Positions 8,247-16,830 of a DNA stretch of 64,000 bases are shown here, in pieces. A program made the position numbers and the translations under genes. The stretch is taken from the NCBI GenBank assembly GCA_046290225.1, contig JBKAGE010000082.1, forward strand, positions 32,001-96,000. Reading direction: 5' to 3'. The stretch comes from Bradymonadia bacterium. Its GTDB lineage: Bacteria > Myxococcota_A > Bradymonadia > UBA7976 > UBA1532. Below the pieces are notes generated by a model. The model was not told where the DNA came from. It did no database searches and saw only the letters and a list, made by a program, of their open reading frames with translations. How positions within the stretch are numbered: position 1 is the stretch's first letter; every line of letters begins with the position of its first letter.

Positions 8247-11200
8247 ATGACTCGACGCAACCTCATCCGACATTCGCTCTATCAGCTACTCGGCGCCAGT
8301 GCCCTCACCCTCGCTGGCACGTCTCTGGCCAACGCCAACCACGACTACCTCAGCTGTGCGCTCTTCGACGATGGCCAGGTGAAATGTTGGGGCTACAACA
8401 GCCACGGCAACCTTGGTCTGGGCGACAACAACCACCGTGGCGACTCTGGCGGAGAGATGGGCGCCAGCTTGCCTTATGTCTCTCTCGGTGAGCCTGCTGT
8501 GGAAGTGCACACTGGCTACATCAGCACCTGCGCCATCATGCAGAGTGGCCAAGTGAAATGCTGGGGCTACAATGCCCACGGCGAGCTCGGTCTGGGCGAC
8601 AACAACCACCGCGGCGACTCTGCCGGTGAGATGGGTGCCAGCCTCCCCTATGTAAACTTCGGTACTGGTGTAACAGTGCAACAGCTCGACATGGGCGTGC
8701 ACCATCAGTGCGCTGTCATGGACAACGGTGGGGTGAAGTGCTGGGGCTACAACAGCTACGGCAACCTCGGATATGGCGACACGCAACACCGGGGCGACAA
8801 CGCCAACGAGATGGGCGACAGCCTCCCCTATGTCAACCTCGGTACCAACGTCCAGGGGCAACCTCATACAGCCCAGATGGTGGCGGCGGGCTATCTCAAC
8901 TCGTGTGCAGTGCTCGAAGACGAGCGGGTGAAGTGTTGGGGCTACAACAACTACGGCCAACTCGGTCATGGCAACAACACCCAACGCGGTGATAACGCTG
9001 GCGAGATGGGTAACAACCTCGCGTATACCGATCTCGGCACCAACGCTCAGGGCCAACCGCACACGATCAAGGACATCGACGGAGGCATCTACCACTGGTG
9101 TGCACTGCTCGATAATGATCGGGTGAAATGCTGGGGCTACGGCAGCCAAGGCAACCTCGGGTACGGCAACAGCCATCACCGAGGCGACAACGCGAATGAG
9201 ATGGGTGACAACCTGCCCTATGTCGACCTCGGCACCGACGGTCAGGGCAACCCGTTGCTGGTCGACAAGCTCTATGTGGGCGCCTACCACACCTGTGCAT
9301 TGATGCAGGACACCTCGACGAAGTGTTGGGGGTACGAGCAGCTGGGATCCACTGGCACTGGGCAAAACCGAACCTACATCGGCGACGCTGCCAACGAGAT
9401 GGGCAACAACCTCATCCCTGTAGACTTCGGGCCAGGCCTCCACGCTGTGGAGATGGATCTGGGCCACTACTATGGGTGTGCCCTGCTCAACAACAGTGAG
9501 GTGAAGTGCTGGGGCTACGACATCTACGGCCAGCTCGGCCTGGGCACGAACGGCCAGCATCGTGGTGACAGCGCGGGTGAAATGGGGGCCAACCTGCCTT
9601 TTGTCGACCTCGGCAACGGCACCATCACGGCGCTCTCTGCGCCTGAGCCTTTCTCCATTGTCGATGACGATGGCGACAACATCGACGATGCCATCGACAA
9701 TTGCCCCCTTGTGGCCAACGCCGCTCAAACCGACACCGACGGAGACGGTTTGGGCGACGCCTGTGATGTATGTGCAAACGATGCGACGAACGACGCTGAT
9801 GGCGATGGCATCTGCCAGGACGTGGACAACTGCATCACCGTGGCCAACGCAGACCAGACGGACAACAACGGTGACGGCTATGGCGATGCTTGCGTGAGCG
9901 TGAACGCCGACATCGACCCCACCGCTACCCTCGGCAACGACCTCGTCATCGGCGAGAACGCTGTCATCGGCTCATTCGCCAATGTGGGCGACGGCGCCAC
10001 AGTGATGGGTGACCTTGGCAGCAGCGCCAGCGTAGGCGCAGGCTCTGTCGTGGCCGCGGGTGCCAGCCTCGCCAACGGCGTTCGTGTGGGTGACAACGTG
10101 GGCATCGGGGCTGGTACCAGCATTGGTGTCATCGCTCGCATCGGTGACGGGGCCAGCATCGGCGCCAACGTCACCATCGGTACTCAGGGTGAAATCGGCG
10201 CTGGTGCTGTCATCCCTGACGGCGTCCAGATTGGTGAGATTTCGGGTGTGGGTGACAACACTCAGCTCGGTGCTGGCTGTGTCCTCGGCAACAACGCCAA
10301 GATGGGCGCCAACGGCTCCACGGGGACCGACTGCACCCTCGAGTCGAACACTCGCGTGGGCGATGACTTCGTCTTTGGGAGCACGGTGCACATCGAGTCG
10401 AACTCCACCATCGAGCCCGAGGCCGACTTCGGCAACGGTGTCCGCATTGGTGACTACGCTGTCGTGGGCCGCAACGCTCACCTCGCAGCCGGCACCACCC
10501 TCGCATCTGGTGCGGAGTTGGGCGAAAACGCTTCAGTGGGTGCCGGCTCCGAGATTCGCGGTGCCCTGGGCAATGGCGTGACCCTGGGTGCGGACTGCTT
10601 CGTGGGCAACCAGAGCAGCCTCGCTGACAACTGCACCTTTGGCGACCGTGTCACCACGGGCATCTTCGTCTCCCTCGGCGCACGCTGTGACGTGGGTGAG
10701 GATTCAGCGATTTACGACGGTGTGACCCTCGGTGTGGACGGCAACATCGGTGCTCGCAGCACGGTGCTCTTCCGGGCGACGATTGGCGACAACGCCACCA
10801 TCGGGACCGACACCATCATCGACGAGCAGAACGACATCGGGAACGACTTCACCCTCGGCAACAACAGCCGCCTCTGGCCTCGCTCCGACTTCGAGAACGA
10901 GGTCACCATCGGCGCCAACGTCCTCATCCGCGACAGCAGCTACCTGCACGAGGGCGTCACCATCGAGGACGACGTCACCATCTTCCCCGAGACCACCATC
11001 GGGGCTGATGCCACCATCCGCCAGGGTGTAGAGCTCGGCGTGGCCATCTGTGAGACCCAAGTCTGTGGTCAGGTCACCATCGGTGAGTGCTCCGACGTCA
11101 ACGCCGACATGGACGCTGGCAGCAACATGCCCGGTGATTGTGTCATCGACATCGTGGTGAACGGTGCCAGCCGCAACTGGGAAGACGGCACCTACGCCAC

Positions 11201-11798
11201 CGCCTGCCACGACTACATCAACCCCGCCAATGGTTACGCATACAGCGGCGCCACCGGTGATGGCCGCTACACCATCGATCCTGATGGCGACGGCGGCAAC
11301 GCGCCCTTCGACGTGTACTGCGACATGACCACCAACGGCGGTGGCTGGACCCTCGTGGACAACGACGCCACCAATGGTGCGATCTTCCAGAGCCGGACCC
11401 TTGGCGCCAACCCCGACATCAACGTCACCCGCGGTGCCTTGTTCCCAGTCTATGACTGGTCCGACAGCCCCCAGTTGCTGTGCAAGTCCAGCACTTACAC
11501 CGGCACGCTCCCCTGGCGTACGTTCCACGTGTACGGCAATGGCTTGAACTACCCCTACCAGACCTCCATCGGTGGATTCGGCGCCGGCGGGTACTTCGGC
11601 TACGCTGTTGACAACGGCAACGGCCAGGCCGGCACCGGCAGCTGGCTCCACAACACTCAAAGCCGTTTCGGCTCTGTCTGGATCGGCTCTGGCGGCAACT
11701 CGAGCTGCTCGTGCAACTACTACGCGCCCAGCCCCTCCTCTGGTCTGGGCACCTACGCGGCCTCCAGCAGCAACACCTGCAGCACCTGGATCCGCTGA
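8247..11798 (+). CDS. Paralog of 4626..8060: RCC1 + TSP3 + left-handed beta-helix + divergent fibrinogen-like (YCDMxxxGGGW) C-terminal domain; possible Tat signal
   Basis: Same domain order; start MTRRNLI after GGAGG (alternative ATG at 8244); sequence diverges after [17 protein letters not shown]. Confidence 0.88.
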   Translation: MTRRNLIRHSLYQLLGASALTLAGTSLANANHDYLSCALFDDGQVKCWGYNSHGNLGLGDNNHRGDSGGEMGASLPYVSLGEPAVEVHTGYISTCAIMQSGQVKCWGYNAHGELGLGDNNHRGDSAGEMGASLPYVNFGTGVTVQQLDMGVHHQCAVMDNGGVKCWGYNSYGNLGYGDTQHRGDNANEMGDSLPYVNLGTNVQGQPHTAQMVAAGYLNSCAVLEDERVKCWGYNNYGQLGHGNNTQRGDNAGEMGNNLAYTDLGTNAQGQPHTIKDIDGGIYHWCALLDNDRVKCWGYGSQGNLGYGNSHHRGDNANEMGDNLPYVDLGTDGQGNPLLVDKLYVGAYHTCALMQDTSTKCWGYEQLGSTGTGQNRTYIGDAANEMGNNLIPVDFGPGLHAVEMDLGHYYGCALLNNSEVKCWGYDIYGQLGLGTNGQHRGDSAGEMGANLPFVDLGNGTITALSAPEPFSIVDDDGDNIDDAIDNCPLVANAAQTDTDGDGLGDACDVCANDATNDADGDGICQDVDNCITVANADQTDNNGDGYGDACVSVNADIDPTATLGNDLVIGENAVIGSFANVGDGATVMGDLGSSASVGAGSVVAAGASLANGVRVGDNVGIGAGTSIGVIARIGDGASIGANVTIGTQGEIGAGAVIPDGVQIGEISGVGDNTQLGAGCVLGNNAKMGANGSTGTDCTLESNTRVGDDFVFGSTVHIESNSTIEPEADFGNGVRIGDYAVVGRNAHLAAGTTLASGAELGENASVGAGSEIRGALGNGVTLGADCFVGNQSSLADNCTFGDRVTTGIFVSLGARCDVGEDSAIYDGVTLGVDGNIGARSTVLFRATIGDNATIGTDTIIDEQNDIGNDFTLGNNSRLWPRSDFENEVTIGANVLIRDSSYLHEGVTIEDDVTIFPETTIGADATIRQGVELGVAICETQVCGQVTIGECSDVNADMDAGSNMPGDCVIDIVVNGASRNWEDGTYATACHDYINPANGYAYSGATGDGRYTIDPDGDGGNAPFDVYCDMTTNGGGWTLVDNDATNGAIFQSRTLGANPDINVTRGALFPVYDWSDSPQLLCKSSTYTGTLPWRTFHVYGNGLNYPYQTSIGGFGAGGYFGYAVDNGNGQAGTGSWLHNTQSRFGSVWIGSGGNSSCSCNYYAPSPSSGLGTYAASSSNTCSTWIR

Positions 11799-11862
11799 AC
11801 AGCGCGCGCTGACACGACAGCCGCAACACACTGGCCCCGGCGTGGCCTGACAACGCCCCTAC

Positions 11863-13080
11863 ATGTCTGATCTGACAGTTGAGCACCTCACCGTCATGGC
11901 CCAGAGCGAGGATCCCATCCACCGCTGTGAGGCCGCACTTCACCCCAACACACCTGGCACATTGCTGCTTCAACTGGCCCGCGAGTGGCCTGCTGAGGTC
12001 CTCGAGAACCCTGCGTGGCCGCTGTTCACGTTGGGCTCACCGCAATGGGGCGACCACCTGGACGGTGCCCTGGCGCAAACGCTTGCGCGGCAGCCGCGCT
12101 GCCCACTCGAGGTGCTGCGATGGGCCATCGCCCGAGAGCACACCAACACGCTGATCAGCTACGCCGAGCAGCGCGCTCATGATCTGGGCCACCGCCTCAA
12201 GGCCGCCATGGGCGTTCGGCCACGACCCATGGCCTTCGACTGGCCGCGCTGGCAGGCGGCTCTCTCGGATCAAACGGAGCTGGTGTCACAGCTCACCCGC
12301 GCGGGCATGCCCTGGCGGGTGCTCGATGCCCCTCCACCAGAAGACTGCCCACCCCTCGACCCGGAGGAGGTCGACCAGCTGCTGGCCTGTGGCCTGTTGG
12401 GGGCCCACCTCGTCTTGATGTCGTCGTGTGCCCTGACCCCAGAGCAGCTAACGCCGCTCACCGCCCACCCCTGGCCCGAAACCCGAGTACTGGTCGCTCA
12501 GTCTGAGCACCTGGATGACTCGACCTTCGAAGCATTGGCTGCGGACTATGAGACCGAGGTACGCGGTGAGATCGCAGTGCACCCTCGTTGCCCGACGTGG
12601 CTGCTGTTGAGGCTCAGCCATGATACGGCTGTGCCGGTGGTGGCCGCAGCAGCACACCACCCACAGCTGGCCCCAGCCCGGCTGAATGCTCTCTCCACCT
12701 CTTCTGAAGAGCGAGTCCGCGCAGCGGTGGCGGGCAACCCGTCCTCACCCCTGAGCGCCCTCGAGCACCTCGCCGCTGATCCGACCCCGTCAGTGTTGCT
12801 GGAGCTGGCCCTCAACCCATCAACGCCAGAGCACATCAGAGCAAAGGCTGGGGCCCTCTCGGCGCAGATCGTCTGGGCTCAGGCGAACCTGCCCTGCCCT
12901 CCGGACGACCCCCAAGCGCCAGCGGCGCTCCGTAGCCTGCCAAAGCCGTATCGCTACCTTGTCGCCATGGAAGGTGGGGTGCTCCCGGTGGTGCAACACA
13001 CGTTCGCCGATGATCCGGACGCGCAGGTGAGAGAGGCCCTGAGTAAATGCCCGTTCCTCGTGGGTAGCCTCAGGGCGTGA
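11863..13080 (+). CDS. Leucine-rich repeat variant / HEAT-like repeat protein
   Basis: Repeated VRxxVAxNPxxPxxxLxxLAxD; N-terminal EVLENPAWPLF. Confidence 0.8.
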   Translation: MSDLTVEHLTVMAQSEDPIHRCEAALHPNTPGTLLLQLAREWPAEVLENPAWPLFTLGSPQWGDHLDGALAQTLARQPRCPLEVLRWAIAREHTNTLISYAEQRAHDLGHRLKAAMGVRPRPMAFDWPRWQAALSDQTELVSQLTRAGMPWRVLDAPPPEDCPPLDPEEVDQLLACGLLGAHLVLMSSCALTPEQLTPLTAHPWPETRVLVAQSEHLDDSTFEALAADYETEVRGEIAVHPRCPTWLLLRLSHDTAVPVVAAAAHHPQLAPARLNALSTSSEERVRAAVAGNPSSPLSALEHLAADPTPSVLLELALNPSTPEHIRAKAGALSAQIVWAQANLPCPPDDPQAPAALRSLPKPYRYLVAMEGGVLPVVQHTFADDPDAQVREALSKCPFLVGSLRA

Positions 13081-13921
13081 GCACCATGTTGTCGATGAGG
13101 CGGGTCTGACCGATCTTCACGGCGAGGGCCAGTACACACGGTTGGGTGATGGCGCCCTCGAAGGTCTGCAGGGTGTCTGCCCGACGCACGCTCACATATT
13201 CGATGTCGGTGCCTGGCGCCGCAGCGATGATCTCATGGGCAGCGGCCTCGAGGGCCTTGGGCTCACGGTTGCCTGCGGCGAACAGCCCCCGTGCTGCGGC
13301 GAGGGACCGACTCAAGGATCGGGCGCTCTGACGCTCGCTGGCGCTCAAATAGATGTTCCTGCTGCTCATGGCGAGGCCGTCGGGCTCTCTCACGATGGGG
13401 TGGCCCACGACCTCGACCGGCACGTCGAGATCAGCCACCATCCGCCGAATCACCGCGAGCTGCTGGAAGTCTTTTTCGCCAAAGATGGCCGCATCACACC
13501 GCGTGATGTTGAAGAGCTTGAGCACTACGGTGCATACGCCATCGAAGTGCCCGGGGCGGTGGGCACCACAGAGGCCCTCGGAGACGCCGGCGGTGTGGAT
13601 CGTGGTCTGATGTCCGCTGGGGTACATCATGTCGCGGGTGGGCATGAAGACCGCGTGTACTCCTGCCTCAGCGGCTTTGGCCAGATCACCTTCGGCGTCT
13701 CGAGGGTACTGTTCGAAATCTTCACCAGCACCAAACTGGGTGGGGTTCACGAAGATGCTCGCCAGCACCGCGTCGCCGTGATCGGCGGCTGCCCGCATGA
13801 GGGCCTGATGCCCGGCGTGCAGCGCCCCCATGGTGGGCACGAGCACCACCCGCCGCCCCTCGCGCTGATGCGCAGCGCTCCAGGCACCCACAGCCTCGAT
13901 GCGGGTGAGGGTCTCAATCAT
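13070..13921 (-). CDS. panC: Pantoate--beta-alanine ligase
   Basis: VPTMGALHAGH, SIFVNPTQF, RPGHFDGV, FGEKDFQQ, GLAMSSRN, RLIDN; start overlaps the panB stop. Confidence 0.97.
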   Translation of the reverse strand: MIETLTRIEAVGAWSAAHQREGRRVVLVPTMGALHAGHQALMRAAADHGDAVLASIFVNPTQFGAGEDFEQYPRDAEGDLAKAAEAGVHAVFMPTRDMMYPSGHQTTIHTAGVSEGLCGAHRPGHFDGVCTVVLKLFNITRCDAAIFGEKDFQQLAVIRRMVADLDVPVEVVGHPIVREPDGLAMSSRNIYLSASERQSARSLSRSLAAARGLFAAGNREPKALEAAAHEIIAAAPGTDIEYVSVRRADTLQTFEGAITQPCVLALAVKIGQTRLIDNMVLTP

Positions 13922-14714
13922 GGCTGTGGGCCGCGGAGGGGAACTCTCCGGCCTGTACCTCGCGGGCATAGCTCGACAACGCCCCTACGACCCGGCTCTG
14001 CAGATCGTCGTACTTCTTGAGGAACTTGGGGCTGAACCGATCGTCGAGGCCGAGCAGATCGTAGAGCACCAGCACCTGACCGTCGCAGCCTGGGCCGGCG
14101 CCGATGCCGATGGTGGGGATGCTGAGGGCGGCGGTGATCTGAGTGGCCAGCGCCTGAGGGATGCCCTCGAGCACGAGGGCATAGGCCCCAGCATCCTGCA
14201 GGGTCAAGGCGTCGCTGATCATGCGCTCGGCGGCGTCGTCGTCACGGCCCTGGATCTTGTAGCCCCCGAACTGGTGCACCGACTGAGGCGTCAGGCCCAG
14301 GTGACCCATGACCGGGATGCCTGCCTGAGTGATTTTGCGGACGGCGTCGGCATGCACCGCGCCGCCTTCGAGCTTCACCGCCTGTACCCCACCCTCTTTC
14401 ATAATGCGGGCGGCGCTGGCGAGGGCCTGCTCGGGGGAGACCTGGTAGCTGCCGAAGGGCATGTCGCCCACGAGATGTGGGCGGCTGCTGCCTCGGGCCA
14501 CGGCGCGGCAATGGTAGATGATCTCGTCGAGGGTGACCGGCAGGGTGTGATCGTGACCCTGGATCACCATGCCCAGTGAGTCGCCGATGAGGATCGCGTC
14601 GATCTCGGCGGCCTCCACGAGGCGGGCAAAGGTGGCGTCGTAACACGTCACCATACTGATTTTGCGGTCCTCTCGGGCCTTGCGGGCGAGCTGAGTCGTG
14701 CTGATGCGCGGCAT
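13914..14714 (-). CDS. panB: 3-methyl-2-oxobutanoate hydroxymethyltransferase
   Basis: LIGDSLGM, DMPFGSY, VKLEGG, GHLGLTPQS, IGIGAG, DGQVLV. Confidence 0.97.
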   Translation of the reverse strand: MPRISTTQLARKAREDRKISMVTCYDATFARLVEAAEIDAILIGDSLGMVIQGHDHTLPVTLDEIIYHCRAVARGSSRPHLVGDMPFGSYQVSPEQALASAARIMKEGGVQAVKLEGGAVHADAVRKITQAGIPVMGHLGLTPQSVHQFGGYKIQGRDDDAAERMISDALTLQDAGAYALVLEGIPQALATQITAALSIPTIGIGAGPGCDGQVLVLYDLLGLDDRFSPKFLKKYDDLQSRVVGALSSYAREVQAGEFPSAAHSHD

Positions 14715-14729
14715 GTCTGATCCCTTTGT

Positions 14730-14867
14730 CCCGGGCCTGTCTTCATCAGGCTCCAGGCGAAGTCCGTGTGTGCCTGCGATGAGGGCAGGCGGGTGTGGGC
14801 AAAAGCTCTAGAGACCATGCTGTAGAGCGTCCGCTGTGGACTTCGAGCCCGGCCTGAGGCTCACGGG
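14730..14867 (-). promoter_or_regulatory. Structured 5' leader of panBC (candidate cis-regulatory RNA)
   Basis: Nested stems TCAGGC/GCCTGA and CGAAGTCC/GGACTTCG enclose hairpins GCCTGC/GCAGGC and GCTCTA/TAGAGC. Confidence 0.5.
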
Positions 14868-14924
14868 TATGTGAGCGCCGGTGCCCTTGTCTGGTCAGCG
14901 CGCAGGTCGATGGCCTGCAGACTG

Positions 14925-14933
14925 ATGATAACA
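14925..14933 (-). promoter_or_regulatory. Putative extended -10 element for panBC
   Basis: Minus strand TG-T-TATCAT about 210 nt upstream of the panB ATG. Confidence 0.35.
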
Positions 14934-15047
14934 AGTTCGAGGAGAGGATTCGTCCGGAAAGGTCGATCGGACAGGTTGGTCGGGCAGAGGCAGGTGGTGG
15001 GGCGGGTCTGTTGGAGGGCCTGGCGCAAGGCGCTCAGCGGCACATTC

Positions 15048-16124
15048 TCAGCGGCGGGGGCGCTCTTCCTCTTCGCAGCGCTCGGCGACGCACTCGTTCA
15101 CAGCCATGCGAGCCCGGGAGGCGCAAGCGGCCTCGTCGCCACCGGCGGCCACACACCGCTCGTACAGCTCGATGCCGGCGTCGGCGCAGCGCTCCTCACA
15201 GGTGGGGGGCTCGGGGGCCTCGCAGCGCTCGGCGATGCACTGGTTCACAGCGGCGCGCACGCGCTGGGCGCAGCGATCTTCGTCGCCACCGGCGCGGACA
15301 CACTCACCGTAGAGCTGGCGACCATGGGCGGCGCAGCGATCTTCGCAGGTCATGGCCTCGGGCTCTTCCTCAGGGCGCTCGGGACGCTCGCCCTCTTCGC
15401 CCTCAGGACGCTCAGGCCGCTCACCCTCACCACCCTCGGGGGCCTCAGGACGCTCGGGACGCTCACCTTCGGGGGCTTCAGGGCGCTCAGGCTGCTCGCC
15501 CTCTTCACCCTCGGGGCGCTCAGGGCGCTCGGGGCGACCCTCGTCATCATCGCCGCGATCTCGACGGGGGGCGTCGGGGCAGGCCTCGTGGCATGCCTGG
15601 GCCGCCTCGCGGCCCTCGGCGAAGCAGGCCTCGCGCTCGCCGTCGTCCTCCATACAGGCAGCGACGGCCTCTCGGGCCTCGGGACGACACTCGGCGTGGC
15701 ATGCGCGGATCCGATGGCGAATGCGACGGGCGACGTGACGGCGACAGTTGCGCATGAAGCGATCGGAGAGGTCTTCGCATGCCGGGGCGTCCTCGGGCAG
15801 GGCGTCGCCGGCCTCGGCCTGACGGGCCTCGCACCGGTCGATGGCGCGCTCCACCCAACCCTCGCAGAAGGCCTGAGCGTCGCCGCCGGCCTCGGGCATC
15901 TCACCCTCGGCGGGGGGCTCGACACCCTCGGGCATGGGCTCGTCTTCACCTTCGGCCTCGTCGGCATCCATGCCCTGGCCCCGCAACGCGGCGGCTTCGT
16001 TGTCCAGCTCGAGTTGGGACAGCTCTTCGTCGAAGTTGCCTTCGGTGGCTGTGTCGGTGGACTCGCCACAGGCGGCGAAGAGCATGGAGCAGAGGGCGGT
16101 GGTGCAGAGCAGGCGAATACGCAT
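15048..16124 (-). CDS. Cys-rich, highly charged lipoprotein with ERPE low-complexity linker and duplicated C-terminal Cys module
   Basis: Lipobox FAAC; AGGAGA RBS; two copies of CExRCAxxGxxLYxxCVxAGGDExxCAxRxRxAVNxCxAERCE. Confidence 0.85.
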   Translation of the reverse strand: MRIRLLCTTALCSMLFAACGESTDTATEGNFDEELSQLELDNEAAALRGQGMDADEAEGEDEPMPEGVEPPAEGEMPEAGGDAQAFCEGWVERAIDRCEARQAEAGDALPEDAPACEDLSDRFMRNCRRHVARRIRHRIRACHAECRPEAREAVAACMEDDGEREACFAEGREAAQACHEACPDAPRRDRGDDDEGRPERPERPEGEEGEQPERPEAPEGERPERPEAPEGGEGERPERPEGEEGERPERPEEEPEAMTCEDRCAAHGRQLYGECVRAGGDEDRCAQRVRAAVNQCIAERCEAPEPPTCEERCADAGIELYERCVAAGGDEAACASRARMAVNECVAERCEEEERPRR

Positions 16125-16178
16125 GGGGTGTCTCCTGTTGTGAGCAATCGAAGCTGCGTTGACTGCCCAGAGACAATC

Positions 16179-16193
16179 GCAATGGCTGTGCCA
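16179..16193 (-). promoter_or_regulatory. sigma54 promoter of the Cys-rich lipoprotein
   Basis: Minus strand TGGCAC-AGCCA-TTGC matches the consensus TGGCAC-N5-TTGC; AT-rich IHF-like tract at ~16260-16287. Confidence 0.75.
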
Positions 16194-16335
16194 GGGGTTT
16201 TGGCGCCCGGATGAGACAAGAGGAGGCGTCAACTCAGGGCGACACCATGAGCCGACACCAATCATTTCAATCGCTTGCATTCATTTTGGCAGGTGTAAAG
16301 CGCGCTTGGCACCTGTCGGGTCGGCTTGACGGCGG

Positions 16336-16467
16336 GTGAGCGGACGGCCGTGCTTGCGCACCGCCTGTAGCGGACGGTCATCGCCTGGCGGCGACAGCCT
16401 GTAGCGGACGCCTGCACCAGCTACGCTGGCGCAAAGCTGTAGCGGACGGCGCTGACGCGCCTGTAGC
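16336..16467. repeat. Direct-repeat array (CTGT)AGCGGACG separated by short hairpins
   Basis: CTGTAGCGGACG at 16365, 16399 and 16437; AGCGGACG at 16339; partial CTGTAGC at 16461. Confidence 0.8.
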
Positions 16468-16604
16468 TGGAGTTTCTTCTGAAGGTCTCAGCTGAAGCGC
16501 AGGTGGTCTCGACTACCGCGAGCTTCCTTGCTCTTGATGTAAACGCAGGGCGCAAGCCCCAACGACGTCGAAATCAGCACACAGTCACACCAGAACTGAC
16601 TTTT

Positions 16605-16771
16605 TACGCAGGGGAGCGAGCAAATAGGGCGCAGCCCTGAGCGACCCTGCCTACCCGGAGGCCTGCTCGCTTCAGCGAGTATGCCGACGTGTACGCGCCG
16701 GACGAGGCGGTCCGAAGGACTGCCGAAGGCCAGGCGCCTACGCAGGTGGAGCGAAGCGACGACTGCCTACC
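16605..16771. repeat. REP-like multi-hairpin element with internal direct repeat
   Basis: TACGCAGG..GAGCGA..GCGAC..CTGCCTACC twice; hairpins AGGGC/GCCCT, CTCGC/GCGAG and GGCGGTCC/GGACTGCC. Confidence 0.6.
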
Positions 16772-16830
16772 AGGGCCCAACCCCAACGGTCAGCAATGCC
16801 CAAGTGCATGCTCACAGATTTTGAACATGC

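Noticed and set aside
4626..11798. Diversity-generating retroelement behind the variable C-termini
   Set aside because: No reverse transcriptase and no template/variable repeat pair differing only at adenines.
16336..16467. Possible mini-CRISPR array
   Set aside because: Repeats are only 8-12 nt, spacing is uneven, and no cas genes are in the window.
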